From: Acetobacteraceae bacterium
GTDB taxonomy: Bacteria > Pseudomonadota > Alphaproteobacteria > Acetobacterales > Acetobacteraceae
Assembly: GCA_965260995.1 (NCBI GenBank)
Contig: CBDHCD010000003.1
Coordinates: 1,807,959 to 1,871,958, forward strand
Length of the DNA: 64,000 bases
Direction of reading: 5' to 3'
The notes beneath the pieces were generated by a model that did no database searches, was not told where the DNA came from, and was given only the letters and a program-made list of their open reading frames with translations. How positions within the stretch are numbered: position 1 is the first letter of the stretch; the number at the start of each line of letters is the position of its first letter. Positions 37,290-48,995 of the stretch are shown in pieces. The position numbers and the translations under genes were made by a program.

Positions 37290-37331
37290 CCTGGGCCGGG
37301 CAGTCCGCTATGGCGGGCTGCCCGGCCCAGG
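37290..37331. terminator. Strong GC-rich hairpin between the convergent GH26-like gene and choV; candidate bidirectional terminator
   Basis: cctgggccgggcag (37290-37303) is perfectly complementary to ctgcccggcccagg (37318-37331), with a 14-nt loop. A smaller hairpin, ctagcg-atca-cgctag, lies at 37272-37287. No clear U-tract is present. Confidence 0.5.
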
Positions 37332-37336
37332 CCGCG

Positions 37337-38574
<1,238 letters not shown>

Positions 38575-38578
<4 letters not shown>

Positions 38579-39432
38579 CGCGCCGCTCCCCGCTCGGGCG
38601 GTCGGCAGACCCGGTCCAGGATGATTGCCAGCAGCACAATCGCGAGGCCGGCCTCGAATCCGGTGTCGACGCGGACCGTGTTCAGCGCCCGCACCACCGG
38701 GACGCCCAAGCCCCCGGCACCCACCAGCGCGGCGATCACCACCATCGACAGGCTGAGCATGATGCATTGCGTGATGCCGGCGAGGATCATCGGCTTGGCC
38801 GCCGGCAGCTCCACTTTCCACAGCAGCTGCGACCGGGTGGCGCCGAACGCCTCCCCGGCCTCGATCAGCGCCGTGGGCACCGAGGTGACGCCGAGGTGGG
38901 TGAGGCGGATGGGGGCCGGCAGGGCGAAGATGACGGTCGAAACAAGGCCGGGCACGACGCCGAGGCCGAACAACACGAGGGTGGGGATCAGGTAGACGAA
39001 GGTCGGCAGGGTCTGCATCAGGTCCAGCACCGGGCGCATCGCCTGGAACAGCCACGGGCGGTGCGCCGCCGCGATGCCGAGCGGCACGCCGATCATGGTC
39101 GAGACGATGGCGGAGAACACGACCAGCGACAGGGTCTGCATCGTCTCCTCCCAGTAGCCCTGGTTCATGATGAACAACAGCGCCACAGCCACGAACACGG
39201 CCAGTTTCCACGATCGGCGCACGGCGTAGCTGAGGAGGGCCAGGACCAGGAGCAGCAGCGGCGCTGGAACCCACAGCAGCCCGGCCGTGAAGCCGTCGAT
39301 CACCGTTTGGATGAAGCCGGATACGGCGTCGAACAGGCCGGTGCTGTTGCTCTTGATGGCCTCGATGAACGACGCGATCCACGTGCCGAGCGGGATCTTG
39401 TGATCGCCGATCCAATCCTGGAGACGTTCCAT
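38575..39432 (-). CDS. choW: Choline/glycine betaine ABC transporter permease
   Basis: 285 aa starting from ATG 39432 (RBS GGGAGGA). Contains 'GLFDAVSGFIQTVIDGF' and the permease core '...GLGVVPGLVSTVIFALPAPIRLTHLG...EAGEAFGAT..QLLWKVELP'. Confidence 0.9.
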
Positions 39433-39570
39433 GCAGTCCTCCCGTGTGGTGCCAAGCCGGCCGTGCAGGGCGGACGGCGGGCCACGCGATGCCGTGAACG
39501 TGCGAAACCGCGTGGTGAGAGACCCTGCCTGCAAGAACGGTGCCCTAGCAAGCGTCTGCTGCGCGGCCCG

Positions 39571-39587
39571 ATTGAACGTCTGTTCAG
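39571..39587. promoter_or_regulatory. Palindromic box 1 (ATTGAACGTCTGTTCAG) in the choW/betI divergent region; candidate BetI operator
   Basis: TGAAC-N4-GTTCA is a perfect inverted repeat. It is nearly identical to box 2, which lies 73 bp downstream. Confidence 0.5.
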
Positions 39588-39614
39588 AAATGTTGGTGAG
39601 GCGCGACGGCTGAG

Positions 39615-41789
39615 GTGCCTGCCTTGACACTGGAACCAGCCTCATTGAATGTCCGTTCAGTGACTGCTGCCGATTTCCTGCCAGGGCCGCGCCCAACGCC
39701 TCCGGTGCCCGAAGGCGAGGAAGGGCGTCGGCGGCAGTTCGTCGAGACCACCCTCGATGTGCTGGCGGAGTTCGGCTACGCCGGCGCCACCCTCGGCCGC
39801 ATCGCAGGAGCGGCAGGCGTGTCGCCCGGGCTCGTCGCGCACTACTTCTCCGACAAGGAGGGCCTGCTCGAAGCCACGTTCCGCACGTTGGTGTCCGGCG
39901 TGCAGCGCGGCGTGCTGTGCCGCCTGCGAACGGCCCGGACGCCGCGGGAGCGGTTGCTGGCCGTGATCGACGCGAACCTCGCGCCCGAGACGTTCGACCG
40001 GCGCGCCGGGGCGGTGTGGCTCGCCTTTTGGGGCCAGGTCATGCATGTGCCCCGGCTCCGGCGCATCCAGGCCGCCTATCAGGGCCGGATGCTGTCCACC
40101 TTGCGCGATGCGCTTCGGCACGCCGTGCCGCGCGACGACGCGCCCCGGCTCGCCGGCTCGATCGCCGCGTTGATCGACGGCGTGTGGCTGCGCGCGGCGC
40201 TCTCGGGATGGCAGGAGAGCGACAGCCGATCGGCGCGGGAGACCGTCACGGCTTTCCTCGACAACACGCTGTCAGGCCACGCCGCGCTCCCTGCCCTGCC
40301 TCGGCCCGCACCCGGCGCGCAGCCCGCAACACGCTACGGATTGCAGCGGAACTGGATCGAGGGCAACGCCGTGACCACGGCCGGGCCTTTGTTCACGACG
40401 ACGGACCCGGCGACCGGCGAGGTGCTCGCGCTCGTGCAGGAAGCGGACGCCACGGTGGTGGAGCAGGCGGTGCGGGCGGCGGCGCGGGCGCAACCCGCGT
40501 GGGCGGCGCTGACCGGGGCCGAGCGGGGCCGGGTCCTGCGCCGGGCGGCGGACCTGCTGCGCGCCCGCAACGACGCGCTGGCGGAAATCGAGACGCGCGA
40601 CACCGGCAAGCCGATCAGTGAAACATCGGTGGTGGACGTGATCTCGGGGGCGGACTGCCTGGAGTATTTCGGCGGCGTCGCGGCGAGCCTCTCGGGCGAA
40701 CACATCGACCTCGGCCCGGACGCGTTCGGCTACACGCGCCGCGAGCCTTTGGGCGTGGTCGCCGGGATCGGGGCCTGGAACTACCCGCTTCAGATCGCCT
40801 GCTGGAAAGCCGCGCCGGCGCTGGCGTGCGGCAACGCGATGATCTTCAAGCCGGCCGAGCTGACGCCGCTCACCGCCTGCCGGCTCGCGGAGGTGTTCGC
40901 CGAGGCCGGGTTGCCGCCCGGGGTGTTCAGCGTCGTGCACGGCGGCGCAGGCACGGGGCGGCTGCTGACCCGGCATCCGCTGATCCGCAAGGTGTCGCTC
41001 ACCGGAGAGACGACGACGGGCATGGCGATCATGGCCGACGCCGCGGCCACCTTGAAGCAGGTGACGCTGGAACTGGGCGGCAAGTCGCCGCTGATCGTGT
41101 TCAAGGACGCCGACCTCGACGACGCCGTCTCTGGGGCGCTGCTGGCCAACTTCTACTCGGCCGGCGAGGTGTGCTCGAACGGGACGCGGGTCTTCGTGCA
41201 GCGCCGGGCGATGGCGGGGTTCCTGCAGCGGCTGCTGCCGCGGGTCGCCGCCATGCGGGTGGGCGACCCGCTCGATCTCGCGACCCAGGTGGGGGCGCTG
41301 ATCTCGCGCGGGCACATGCGGAATGTGCTGGGCTGCATCGGGCGCGGCCAAGCCGAAGGGGCGACGTTGCTGGCAGGCGGGCACCAGGTGGTGGACGGCC
41401 CGCTGGCGCAAGGCAGCTTCGTGGCGCCCACGGTGTTCGGCGACTGCACCGACGACATGGCCATCACCCGGGAGGAGATCTTCGGGCCGGTGATGACGGT
41501 GCTGCCGTTCGACGGCGAGGACGAGGTGGTGGCCCGGGCCAACGCCACCGAGTACGGGCTGGCCGCCGGAGTGTTCACGTCCGACCTCGCGCGGGCGCAC
41601 CGGGTCATCGCCCGGCTGCAAGCCGGGACGTGCTGGATCAACACCTACAACGTCACCCCGATCGAACTGCCGTTCGGCGGCATCAAGCGGTCCGGGCTGG
41701 GCCGCGAGAACGGGCGGGCGGCGATCGAGCACTACACGCAACTCAAGAGCGTCTACGTGGCGCTCGGCACCGTGGACGCACCCTATTGA
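39615..41789 (+). CDS. betI-betB: Single uninterrupted ORF encoding a BetI-type TetR repressor (N-terminal ~220 aa), then a Pro/Ala linker, then a complete betaine-aldehyde dehydrogenase BetB
   Basis: The BetI-like HTH is '[48 protein letters not shown]'. The linker '[21 protein letters not shown]' spans 40278-40340. BetB runs from '[11 protein letters not shown]...DPATGEVLA' to '...[14 protein letters not shown]...[10 protein letters not shown]'. No in-frame stop separates them. The likely betI start is GTG 39705, because box 2 lies inside 39615-39705. The only candidate independent betB start is TTG 40341. Confidence 0.85.
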   Translation: MPALTLEPASLNVRSVTAADFLPGPRPTPPVPEGEEGRRRQFVETTLDVLAEFGYAGATLGRIAGAAGVSPGLVAHYFSDKEGLLEATFRTLVSGVQRGVLCRLRTARTPRERLLAVIDANLAPETFDRRAGAVWLAFWGQVMHVPRLRRIQAAYQGRMLSTLRDALRHAVPRDDAPRLAGSIAALIDGVWLRAALSGWQESDSRSARETVTAFLDNTLSGHAALPALPRPAPGAQPATRYGLQRNWIEGNAVTTAGPLFTTTDPATGEVLALVQEADATVVEQAVRAAARAQPAWAALTGAERGRVLRRAADLLRARNDALAEIETRDTGKPISETSVVDVISGADCLEYFGGVAASLSGEHIDLGPDAFGYTRREPLGVVAGIGAWNYPLQIACWKAAPALACGNAMIFKPAELTPLTACRLAEVFAEAGLPPGVFSVVHGGAGTGRLLTRHPLIRKVSLTGETTTGMAIMADAAATLKQVTLELGGKSPLIVFKDADLDDAVSGALLANFYSAGEVCSNGTRVFVQRRAMAGFLQRLLPRVAAMRVGDPLDLATQVGALISRGHMRNVLGCIGRGQAEGATLLAGGHQVVDGPLAQGSFVAPTVFGDCTDDMAITREEIFGPVMTVLPFDGEDEVVARANATEYGLAAGVFTSDLARAHRVIARLQAGTCWINTYNVTPIELPFGGIKRSGLGRENGRAAIEHYTQLKSVYVALGTVDAPY
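39644..39660. promoter_or_regulatory. Palindromic box 2 (ATTGAATGTCCGTTCAG); candidate BetI operator
   Basis: It matches box 1 at 15 of 17 positions. TGAAT-N4-GTTCA has one arm mismatch. A TTGACA hexamer lies at 39624-39629, just upstream. Confidence 0.5.
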
Positions 41790-43459
41790 GCGATCATCCG
41801 GACATCGCCGACGAATACGACTACATCATCGTCGGCGCGGGCTCGGCCGGCTGCGTGCTGGCCGACCGGTTGACCGAGGACGGCAAGGCGACGGTGCTGG
41901 TGCTGGAATACGGCGGGTCGGACAGCTCGGTGGTGATCCAGATGCCGAGCGCGCTGTCGATCCCGATGAATCGCAAGAAATACAACTGGTTCTATGAAAC
42001 CGAACCAGAGCCGCACCTCGGCGGGCGGCGGCTGCACACGCCGCGCGGCAAGGTGCTGGGAGGGTCGTCCTCGATCAACGGCCTCGTCTACGTCCGCGGC
42101 AATCCGCGCGACTTCGACAAGTGGGAAGCGGAGGGAGCGAACGGCTGGGGATACCGGCACGTGCTGCCGTACTTCCGCCGGGCCGAGACCAACGCGGAAG
42201 GGGGCGATGAGTACCGCGGCGGCGAGGGACCGCTGCACACCCGCTACGGACGCCTCGACAACCCGCTGCATCACGCCTGGATCGAGGCCGGGCAGCAGGC
42301 GGGCTACCCGGCGACGCCCGACTACAACGGGCATCAGCAGGAGGGCTTCGGCCGCATGGCGATGACCGTGCGCGACGGGCGGCGGTGGAGTGCTGCCAAC
42401 GCCTACCTGAAGCCGGCGCGCGGCCGGAAGAACCTCAGCGTCATCACCCACGCGCTCGCGACCAAGGTGCTGTTCGCGGGCGGCCGCGCGGTCGGCGTCG
42501 AGTACCGGCAAGGACATGATGAGCACACGGTCCGGGCGTGGCGGGAGGTGATCCTGTGCGGCGGACCGATCAACTCGCCGCAGCTGCTCAAGCTCTCGGG
42601 CATCGGCCCGGCGGTGGAGCTGCGGTCGCACGGGATCGCGGTGCGGCACGACCTGGCCGGGGTGGGCGAGAACTTGCAGGACCACCTTGAGTTCTATTTT
42701 CAGGTTGAGTGCAAGGAGCCGGTGACGCTGTTCTCGGCGATGAGCCCGGTGTCCAAGGCGATGATCGGAGCGCGCTGGCTGCTGCGGCAGGACGGGCTCG
42801 GGGCGACCAACCACTTCGAGAGCTGCGGCTTCATCCGCAGCCGGGCCGGGGTCAAGTATCCGGACATCCAGTATCATTTCCTGCCATTGGCCGTGACGTA
42901 CGATGGGCGGTCGCTGGCCGAGGGGCACGGGTTCCAGGCGCATGTCGGGCCGATGCGCTCCAAGAGCCGCGGCTGGGTGCGCCTGCGCTCGGCCGACCCC
43001 GCCGACAAGCCGCGCATCCAGTTCAACTACATGAGCCACCCGGACGATTGGACCGACATGCGGGCCTGTGTCCGGCTGACGCGCGAGATCTTCGCCCAGG
43101 CGGCGTTCGACCGGTTCCGCGGGCGCGAGCTGCAGCCGGGGGCGGACGTGCAGGAGGACGCCCAGATCGACGCCTTCGTGCGGGACAAGGTGGAGAGCGC
43201 CTATCATCCCTCCTGCACCTGCCGCATGGGGCGGCGGGACGATCCGATGGCCGTGGTGGATTCGGAGCTGCGGGTGATCGGCGTCGACGGGCTGCGGGTG
43301 ATCGACTCGTCGGTGATGCCGTCGATCACCACGGGCAACCTCAACGCGCCGACCATCATGATCGGCGAGAAGGGCGCCGATCATATCCGTGGCCGGGCGA
43401 TGGCGGCGGCGAACACCCCCTACTACACGGCGCACAACTGGGAGACGGCGCAGCGGTGA
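41786..43459 (+). CDS. betA: Choline dehydrogenase (GMC oxidoreductase)
   Basis: '[34 protein letters not shown]', '[18 protein letters not shown]' and a C-terminal GMC signature. The only plausible start is TTG 41786, which overlaps the betB stop (TTGA). Track ORF 40826..43459 has a spurious extension. Confidence 0.9.
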   Translation: MSDHPDIADEYDYIIVGAGSAGCVLADRLTEDGKATVLVLEYGGSDSSVVIQMPSALSIPMNRKKYNWFYETEPEPHLGGRRLHTPRGKVLGGSSSINGLVYVRGNPRDFDKWEAEGANGWGYRHVLPYFRRAETNAEGGDEYRGGEGPLHTRYGRLDNPLHHAWIEAGQQAGYPATPDYNGHQQEGFGRMAMTVRDGRRWSAANAYLKPARGRKNLSVITHALATKVLFAGGRAVGVEYRQGHDEHTVRAWREVILCGGPINSPQLLKLSGIGPAVELRSHGIAVRHDLAGVGENLQDHLEFYFQVECKEPVTLFSAMSPVSKAMIGARWLLRQDGLGATNHFESCGFIRSRAGVKYPDIQYHFLPLAVTYDGRSLAEGHGFQAHVGPMRSKSRGWVRLRSADPADKPRIQFNYMSHPDDWTDMRACVRLTREIFAQAAFDRFRGRELQPGADVQEDAQIDAFVRDKVESAYHPSCTCRMGRRDDPMAVVDSELRVIGVDGLRVIDSSVMPSITTGNLNAPTIMIGEKGADHIRGRAMAAANTPYYTAHNWETAQR

Positions 43460-44988
43460 GCACGGACACGCCCAACATCCTCATCATCATGGCCGACCAG
43501 CTCACGGCCGGGGCCTTGCCCGCTTACGGCAACACGGTGGCCAAAACGCCGGTGATCGACCAGTTGGCGCGGGACGCGGTGGTGTTCGACAGCGCCTACT
43601 GCAACAGCCCGCTGTGCGCGCCGTCGCGGATCGCGTTCATGACTGGGCGGCTGCCGTCGGCCACCGGCGGCTACGACAACGCGGCCGAGTTCCCGTCGCA
43701 GATGCCGACCTTCGCGCACTACCTGCGGCTGGCCGGATACCGCACCATCCTGTCGGGCAAGATGCACTTCTGCGGCCCCGACCAGATGCACGGGTTCGAG
43801 GAGCGGCTGACCACAGACATCTACCCGGCCGATTACGGCTGGACACCGGATTGGGAACGGCCCGACATCCGGCCAGAGTGGTATCATAACATGGATTCGG
43901 TCACGCAGGCCGGGCCGTGCGTGCGGACCAATCAGATGGATTTCGACGAGGAGGTCGTGTTCGCCGCCCGGCAGAAGCTGCACGACATGGTGCGCGGCGC
44001 CGACCGACGGCCTTTCTGCATGGTGGTGTCGATGAGCCACCCGCACGACCCGTTCACCATCCCGCAGCCGTATTGGGACCGCTACCGCGACGACGAGATC
44101 GACATGCCGCGCGTGCCCGACGCGCCCGACCCTGACGACCCGCACGCGGCGCGGCTGCGCCACGTCTGCGGCCTCGACCAGCGGCCAGTCACCGAGGCCG
44201 AGGTGCGGGCGGCGCGGCATGCCTACTACGGTGCGGTATCCTACTTCGACGACCAGGCCGGCGCATTGCTGCGAACGCTGCGGGAGACCCGGCTCGACGG
44301 CGACACCATCGTCGTCATCGTGGCCGATCATGGCGAGCTGCTGGGCGAGCGTGGGCTCTGGTATAAGATGAGCTTTCACGAGCCGGCGTGCCGGGTGCCG
44401 CTGATCGTGCACGCGCCGGGACGCTTCGCGGCGCGACGGGTCAAGGTTTCTGTGTCGATGGTCGACTTGCTGCCGACGCTGGCCGCCATCGCCCAGGGTG
44501 GCGAGGAGCCTGCCTATGCCACGCCGATCGACGGGCGCAGTTTGTTGCCGCACTTGCGCGGACAAACGGGCCACGACGAGGTGCTGGGCGAGTTCCTGGG
44601 CGAGGGCGTGGTGACGCCGATGGTGATGATCCGGCGCGGGGCGCACAAGTTCGTCCACGCGCCCGGTGATCCCGACCAGCTCTATGACCTGCAGGCAGAC
44701 CCCGAGGAACGCACCAACCTGGCGGCCACGTTGCCTGCCCAGGACCTGTTGGCGTCGTTCCGGGCCGAGGTGGCGTCGCGCTGGGACCTGACCGGGCTGC
44801 GGGCCGAGGTGCTGGCGAGCCAGCGGCGGCGGCGATTCGTGGCGGAGGCGCTGCGCCGGGGCATGCAGTCGGCATGGGATTTCCAGCCGGTGCGCGACGC
44901 GCGGCAGCAGTATATCCGCAGCCACATGAAGCTCGACGAGTTGGAAGCGATGGGACGTTTTCCCCGCGTCACGCCGGCGCAGGTCTGA
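43456..44988 (+). CDS. betC: Choline-sulfatase
   Basis: '[20 protein letters not shown]' and the sulfatase formylglycine motif '[14 protein letters not shown]'. GTG 43456 overlaps the betA stop (GTGA). Confidence 0.9.
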   Translation: MSTDTPNILIIMADQLTAGALPAYGNTVAKTPVIDQLARDAVVFDSAYCNSPLCAPSRIAFMTGRLPSATGGYDNAAEFPSQMPTFAHYLRLAGYRTILSGKMHFCGPDQMHGFEERLTTDIYPADYGWTPDWERPDIRPEWYHNMDSVTQAGPCVRTNQMDFDEEVVFAARQKLHDMVRGADRRPFCMVVSMSHPHDPFTIPQPYWDRYRDDEIDMPRVPDAPDPDDPHAARLRHVCGLDQRPVTEAEVRAARHAYYGAVSYFDDQAGALLRTLRETRLDGDTIVVIVADHGELLGERGLWYKMSFHEPACRVPLIVHAPGRFAARRVKVSVSMVDLLPTLAAIAQGGEEPAYATPIDGRSLLPHLRGQTGHDEVLGEFLGEGVVTPMVMIRRGAHKFVHAPGDPDQLYDLQADPEERTNLAATLPAQDLLASFRAEVASRWDLTGLRAEVLASQRRRRFVAEALRRGMQSAWDFQPVRDARQQYIRSHMKLDELEAMGRFPRVTPAQV

Positions 44989-45020
44989 TACGCTGACATT
45001 TCATAACAGGAGTGGATGCC

Positions 45021-45971
45021 ATGCGCTTCGTGACGACCCTGTCCCGCCTGGCCGTGGCTGGCCTGGCTATGAGCGCGCCCGCCCGCGCCGCCGACCCGTC
45101 CTCTTGCCGCACGGTGAACATGTCCGATCCGGGGTGGACCGACATCACCTCGACCAACGGGGTCGCCGGGGTGCTGCTGGAAGGGCTGGGCTACAGGCAG
45201 AAGGTCTCCACCCTGTCGGTGCCGATCACCTTCCAGTCGCTGGACAGCGGCAAGCTCGACGTGTTCCTCGGCAACTGGATGCCGGCGCAGAAGAACTTCA
45301 TCACGCCGTTGATCGACAGCGGCAAGATCGACCTGCTGCGGCACAACCTGACGGACGCGAAGTTCACCTTGGCGGTGCCGGCTTACGTGGCCGAGGCGGG
45401 CGTGACCAGTTTCGCCGACCTGGAAAAGCACGCCGACAAGTTCGGCAGCAAGATCTACGGCATCGAACCGGGCGCCCCGGCGAACCAGAACATCCAGAAA
45501 ATGCTCGACGCCAAGGACTTCGGCCTCGGCGGCTGGAAGCTGATCGAATCGAGCGAGCAGGGCATGTTGAGCCAGGTGTCGCGCGACGCGCCGAAGAAGG
45601 AGTGGATCGTGTTCCTGGCCTGGGAACCGCACCCGATGAACACGATGCTGCCGATCACCTACCTGCAAGGCGGCGACAAGTACTTCGGGCCGAACTACGG
45701 CGACACCACGATCAACACGGTGACGCGCAAGGATTACGCCAAGGATTGCCCCAACGCGGCCCGTTTGTTCAAGCAGCTTCAGTTCTCCGTCCCTATGGAG
45801 AACGAGATGATGGTGCTGATCTCGACCAAGAAGCAGACCGGCGAGGAGGCCGCCAAGCAGTACCTCAAGGCGCACCCCGACCTGCTCGGGCCGTGGCTCG
45901 ACGGCGTGACGACGCGGGATGGCAAGCCCGGTCTGGCCGCGGTGAAGGCGGCGCTCGACGTCAAGACCTGA
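45021..45971 (+). CDS. choX: Choline ABC transporter substrate-binding protein
   Basis: Signal peptide 'MRFVTTLSRLAVAGLAMSAPARA'. 'GWTDITSTNGVAGVLLEGLGY', 'DVFLGNWMPAQ', 'KIYGIEPGAPAN', 'ESSEQGMLSQV' and 'FLAWEPHPMN' closely follow S. meliloti ChoX as I recall it. AGGAG lies 8 nt upstream of ATG 45021. Confidence 0.9.
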   Translation: MRFVTTLSRLAVAGLAMSAPARAADPSSCRTVNMSDPGWTDITSTNGVAGVLLEGLGYRQKVSTLSVPITFQSLDSGKLDVFLGNWMPAQKNFITPLIDSGKIDLLRHNLTDAKFTLAVPAYVAEAGVTSFADLEKHADKFGSKIYGIEPGAPANQNIQKMLDAKDFGLGGWKLIESSEQGMLSQVSRDAPKKEWIVFLAWEPHPMNTMLPITYLQGGDKYFGPNYGDTTINTVTRKDYAKDCPNAARLFKQLQFSVPMENEMMVLISTKKQTGEEAAKQYLKAHPDLLGPWLDGVTTRDGKPGLAAVKAALDVKT

Positions 45972-45977
45972 CCGATC

Positions 45978-48005
45978 TTACTCCGCCACCAACTCGCGGT
46001 GGCGGAGCAAGGCGGCCGTGCTGGGCGCGCGGCCGCGGAAGGCGGCGTAAAGCTCCATCGGGTCGCGCGTGTCGCCGGCAGATAATATCGTGCGGAGGCG
46101 GGCGGCGGTGGCCGGATCGAACGGGTCGCCGGCTTCGGTGAAGGCATCGAAACCATCGGCGTCCAAGACTTCGGCCCAGAGGTAAGAGTAGTAGCCCGCC
46201 GCGTAGCCGCCGCCGGCGAACAGGTGCTGGAAGTGCGCCGGGCGATGGCGCAACCCGATCTCCGGCGGCATGCCGATGCGGGCGAGGCAGTCGGCCTCGA
46301 AGCGGTCGAGGTCGAGGGTCTCGGGCGCGGGGTGGGCGTGCAGCGCCATGTCGATCAGGGCGGAGGACGTGTACTCGACCGTCCCGAAGCCCTGGTTGAA
46401 GCCGCGCGTGGCCAACAGGCGGGTGATCAGCGCGTTCGGCAAGGGTTCGCCGGTATCGTGGTGCCGGGCGTAGCGGCGCAAAGTTTCGGGCAGCGCCATC
46501 CAGTGCTCGTAAATCTGGGACGGCAGTTCGACGAAGTCGCGGCGGACCGAAGTGCCGGACTGGGCGGGGTAGCGCACCTGGCTCAGCAACCCGTGCAGGG
46601 CGTGGCCGAACTCGTGGAACAGGGTCTCGGCATCGTCGAAGCTCAGCAACGCCGGGTCGGCCTTGGCGAAGTTGTTGTTGTTGACGATGATCGGCGACAC
46701 CGGGCCGTCGAGGTCCTCCTGGTCGCGGTAGCTGCTCATCCAGGCGCCGGAGCGCTTGTCAGGACGGGCGTAGTTGTCGGCGAGGAACAGGCCGACGTGG
46801 CCGTTGCCATCCGTCACCTCATAGGCCCGCACGTCGGGATGATAGACGGGCAGGTCCGGGCGGGAGGTGAAGGCGACGCCGAACAACCGGGTCGCGGTGT
46901 CGAAGGCGGCGCGCTGGATGTTGGCGAGTTCGAAGTAAGGTTTCAGCTCGGCCTCATCGAGGTCGAAGTCGGCCTTGCGCACCTTCTCGGCGTAGTAGCG
47001 CCAGTCCCAGGGGGCGAGTGCGCCGTTGAAGCCGTCGGCGCGGGCGGTGGCGAGCAGCCGGTCGCGCTCGGCGGCGGCCTTGCGCTTGGCGGGCGTCCAA
47101 ACCTCCGCGAGCAGGGCGTCGACGGCGGGCGGCGCGCCGGCCATGGTGTCGGCCAGGCGGAACTCGGCGAAGTTCGGGTAGCCGAGCAGCTTGGCCCGCT
47201 CGGCGCGCAGGGCGAGGATCTCGGGAATCAAGGGCCGGTTGTCGTGCTCGCCGGGGTGTGTGCCACGCGCGATCCAGGCCTCGTGGGCGGCTTGGCGCAA
47301 GTCGCGCCGGGCGGAGAAGGTCAGGAACGGCTCGATCAGCGAGCGCGACAAAGTGATGGCGTAGCCGGATAGGCCGCGCTCGGCCGCGGCCTGCGCCGCG
47401 CCGTCGCGGACGAACGCGGGCAGGCCGTCGAGGTCGGCCTCGGCGAGCGGCAGGGTCCAGTCCTTCTCGTCGTGCAGCACGTTCTGGCCGAAGCGGGTGT
47501 GCAGGGTCGCGAGGCGCTCGGAGATGGCGGTGAGGCGCGCCTTCGCCGCGGCGTCGAGCGCCGCGCCGCTGCGAACGAAGCCGAGGTGGGTGCGTTCGAG
47601 CAGCCGGCGCTGGTCGGGGGCGAGGTCGAGCGTGTCGCGCCGGCGGTGAAGGTCGGCGACGCGGGCGAACACCGCCGGGTCAAGCGAGACCTGCATGCCG
47701 TGCTGGGCCAGCTTGGGCGACATCTCCCGGTCGAGCGTTTCCAAGTCTGGGCCGCCCAGGCTGACGACCAGGTTGGAGAACACCCCGCCGACGCGGGCCA
47801 GCGCCCGGCCGCTGCGTTCCAAGGCTTCGATGGTGTTGGCGAAGGTGGCCGGGACCGGGTCGGCGCCGATGGCGGCGATCTCGGCCAAGTGCTCGGCCAT
47901 CGCGGCGGTGAAGGCGGAGGCGAAGTGCTCCGGCTTGATCCGGTCGAAGGGAGGAACGCCGAACGGGGTGGTCCAGGGGACGAGGAGCGGGTTGGTCTCG
48001 GTCAT
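45978..48005 (-). CDS. dcp: M3-family peptidyl-dipeptidase (Dcp)
   Basis: 675 aa starting from ATG 48005. Contains the zinc motif 'LFHEFGHALHGLLS' and the downstream 'DFVELPSQ'. Confidence 0.9.
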   Translation of the reverse strand: MTETNPLLVPWTTPFGVPPFDRIKPEHFASAFTAAMAEHLAEIAAIGADPVPATFANTIEALERSGRALARVGGVFSNLVVSLGGPDLETLDREMSPKLAQHGMQVSLDPAVFARVADLHRRRDTLDLAPDQRRLLERTHLGFVRSGAALDAAAKARLTAISERLATLHTRFGQNVLHDEKDWTLPLAEADLDGLPAFVRDGAAQAAAERGLSGYAITLSRSLIEPFLTFSARRDLRQAAHEAWIARGTHPGEHDNRPLIPEILALRAERAKLLGYPNFAEFRLADTMAGAPPAVDALLAEVWTPAKRKAAAERDRLLATARADGFNGALAPWDWRYYAEKVRKADFDLDEAELKPYFELANIQRAAFDTATRLFGVAFTSRPDLPVYHPDVRAYEVTDGNGHVGLFLADNYARPDKRSGAWMSSYRDQEDLDGPVSPIIVNNNNFAKADPALLSFDDAETLFHEFGHALHGLLSQVRYPAQSGTSVRRDFVELPSQIYEHWMALPETLRRYARHHDTGEPLPNALITRLLATRGFNQGFGTVEYTSSALIDMALHAHPAPETLDLDRFEADCLARIGMPPEIGLRHRPAHFQHLFAGGGYAAGYYSYLWAEVLDADGFDAFTEAGDPFDPATAARLRTILSAGDTRDPMELYAAFRGRAPSTAALLRHRELVAE

Positions 48006-48072
48006 CGTGTCATCACGCGGCCGAAGCGGGGCCGGGGTCAAGGGTTCGGCCCGACACGGGACGCATCCGGCG

Positions 48073-48846
48073 TCACAAGGCCAGATCGAACTGCCCGGCC
48101 GGCATCCGTTGCGGTGCGCCGGCGGCGCGGCGGGACTGTTCCGACTGGGCGGTGAACAGCATGTCCTGGTTGCGGCCGAACTCGCCGGCGGCGACGCGCT
48201 CCAAGCTCGCGTCGTCGAGGTCCTGGAACCGACGGCCGCGCAACGGGCCGGCGGGCACGCGGATGAGCAGGGCCGGCTGCGCCGACCAGGCCAGCAATCG
48301 CTCGACGCTGGCGAGGGCGAGCATGTCGCGCAGGTGGTGCGCGGTCACGTAGGCGTCCGGCCCGGCGCGATGGGCCGGCAGGCCGGTGGCCCGGTCAAGG
48401 CCCTCGGGCCGCCGCCAGTAGCGCAGGCCCTGGTTGGAATGCGTCGGCGCGTCGGGCCAAAGGCGGAGGGCGCACTTATAGGTGCAGATCCAGCGGGCGC
48501 GGTTGCTGAGTTTCGGCAGGCACCAGCGCTGCTCGAAGGCGGCGCGGTGGGCCGCCAAGGCGAGCACGCCCGGCGGCTGCAGGACACCGGGCGCGGCGTC
48601 GGGCCAGGCGGGGGCGTCGGCCACGTCCTCGTCGACGAGGTGATGGATGGCGGAGGTCGCCGGTGAGATCGGCGTCGCGGGGTTGATCAGCATCGCGCCC
48701 GGGCCGCCGTCCAGCGACCACGCGCCGTCGTCACCTTGAATCAGGTCCTGCCAGCCAACCTCGACCACCCCGCCGTTGGCGAAGCTGTCACCGGTCGTTT
48801 CGAGGTCGATGACGCGAAGTGCATGCGTTGCTGGCATGGTTTCCAT
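48073..48846 (-). CDS. DnaQ-like (DEDDh) 3'-5' exonuclease domain protein
   Basis: ExoI 'LRVIDLETTG', '...AIHHLVDEDV...' and ExoIII 'HRAGPDAYVTAHH'. 257 aa. Confidence 0.75.
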   Translation of the reverse strand: METMPATHALRVIDLETTGDSFANGGVVEVGWQDLIQGDDGAWSLDGGPGAMLINPATPISPATSAIHHLVDEDVADAPAWPDAAPGVLQPPGVLALAAHRAAFEQRWCLPKLSNRARWICTYKCALRLWPDAPTHSNQGLRYWRRPEGLDRATGLPAHRAGPDAYVTAHHLRDMLALASVERLLAWSAQPALLIRVPAGPLRGRRFQDLDDASLERVAAGEFGRNQDMLFTAQSEQSRRAAGAPQRMPAGQFDLAL

Positions 48847-48995
48847 ATAGTGGCTCAGGCTGTCGGCTCCAGCGCCATCGGCGGTGGCGGGCTTGCTTGA
48901 GTCGGCGCATGAAGCATATCAGTCGGCGTGTTGGGCCGCAGGATGGCGGCGCGCCCACCGGCCCGGCGGCGTTGAACGCGTGAAGGTGCAGAGCG

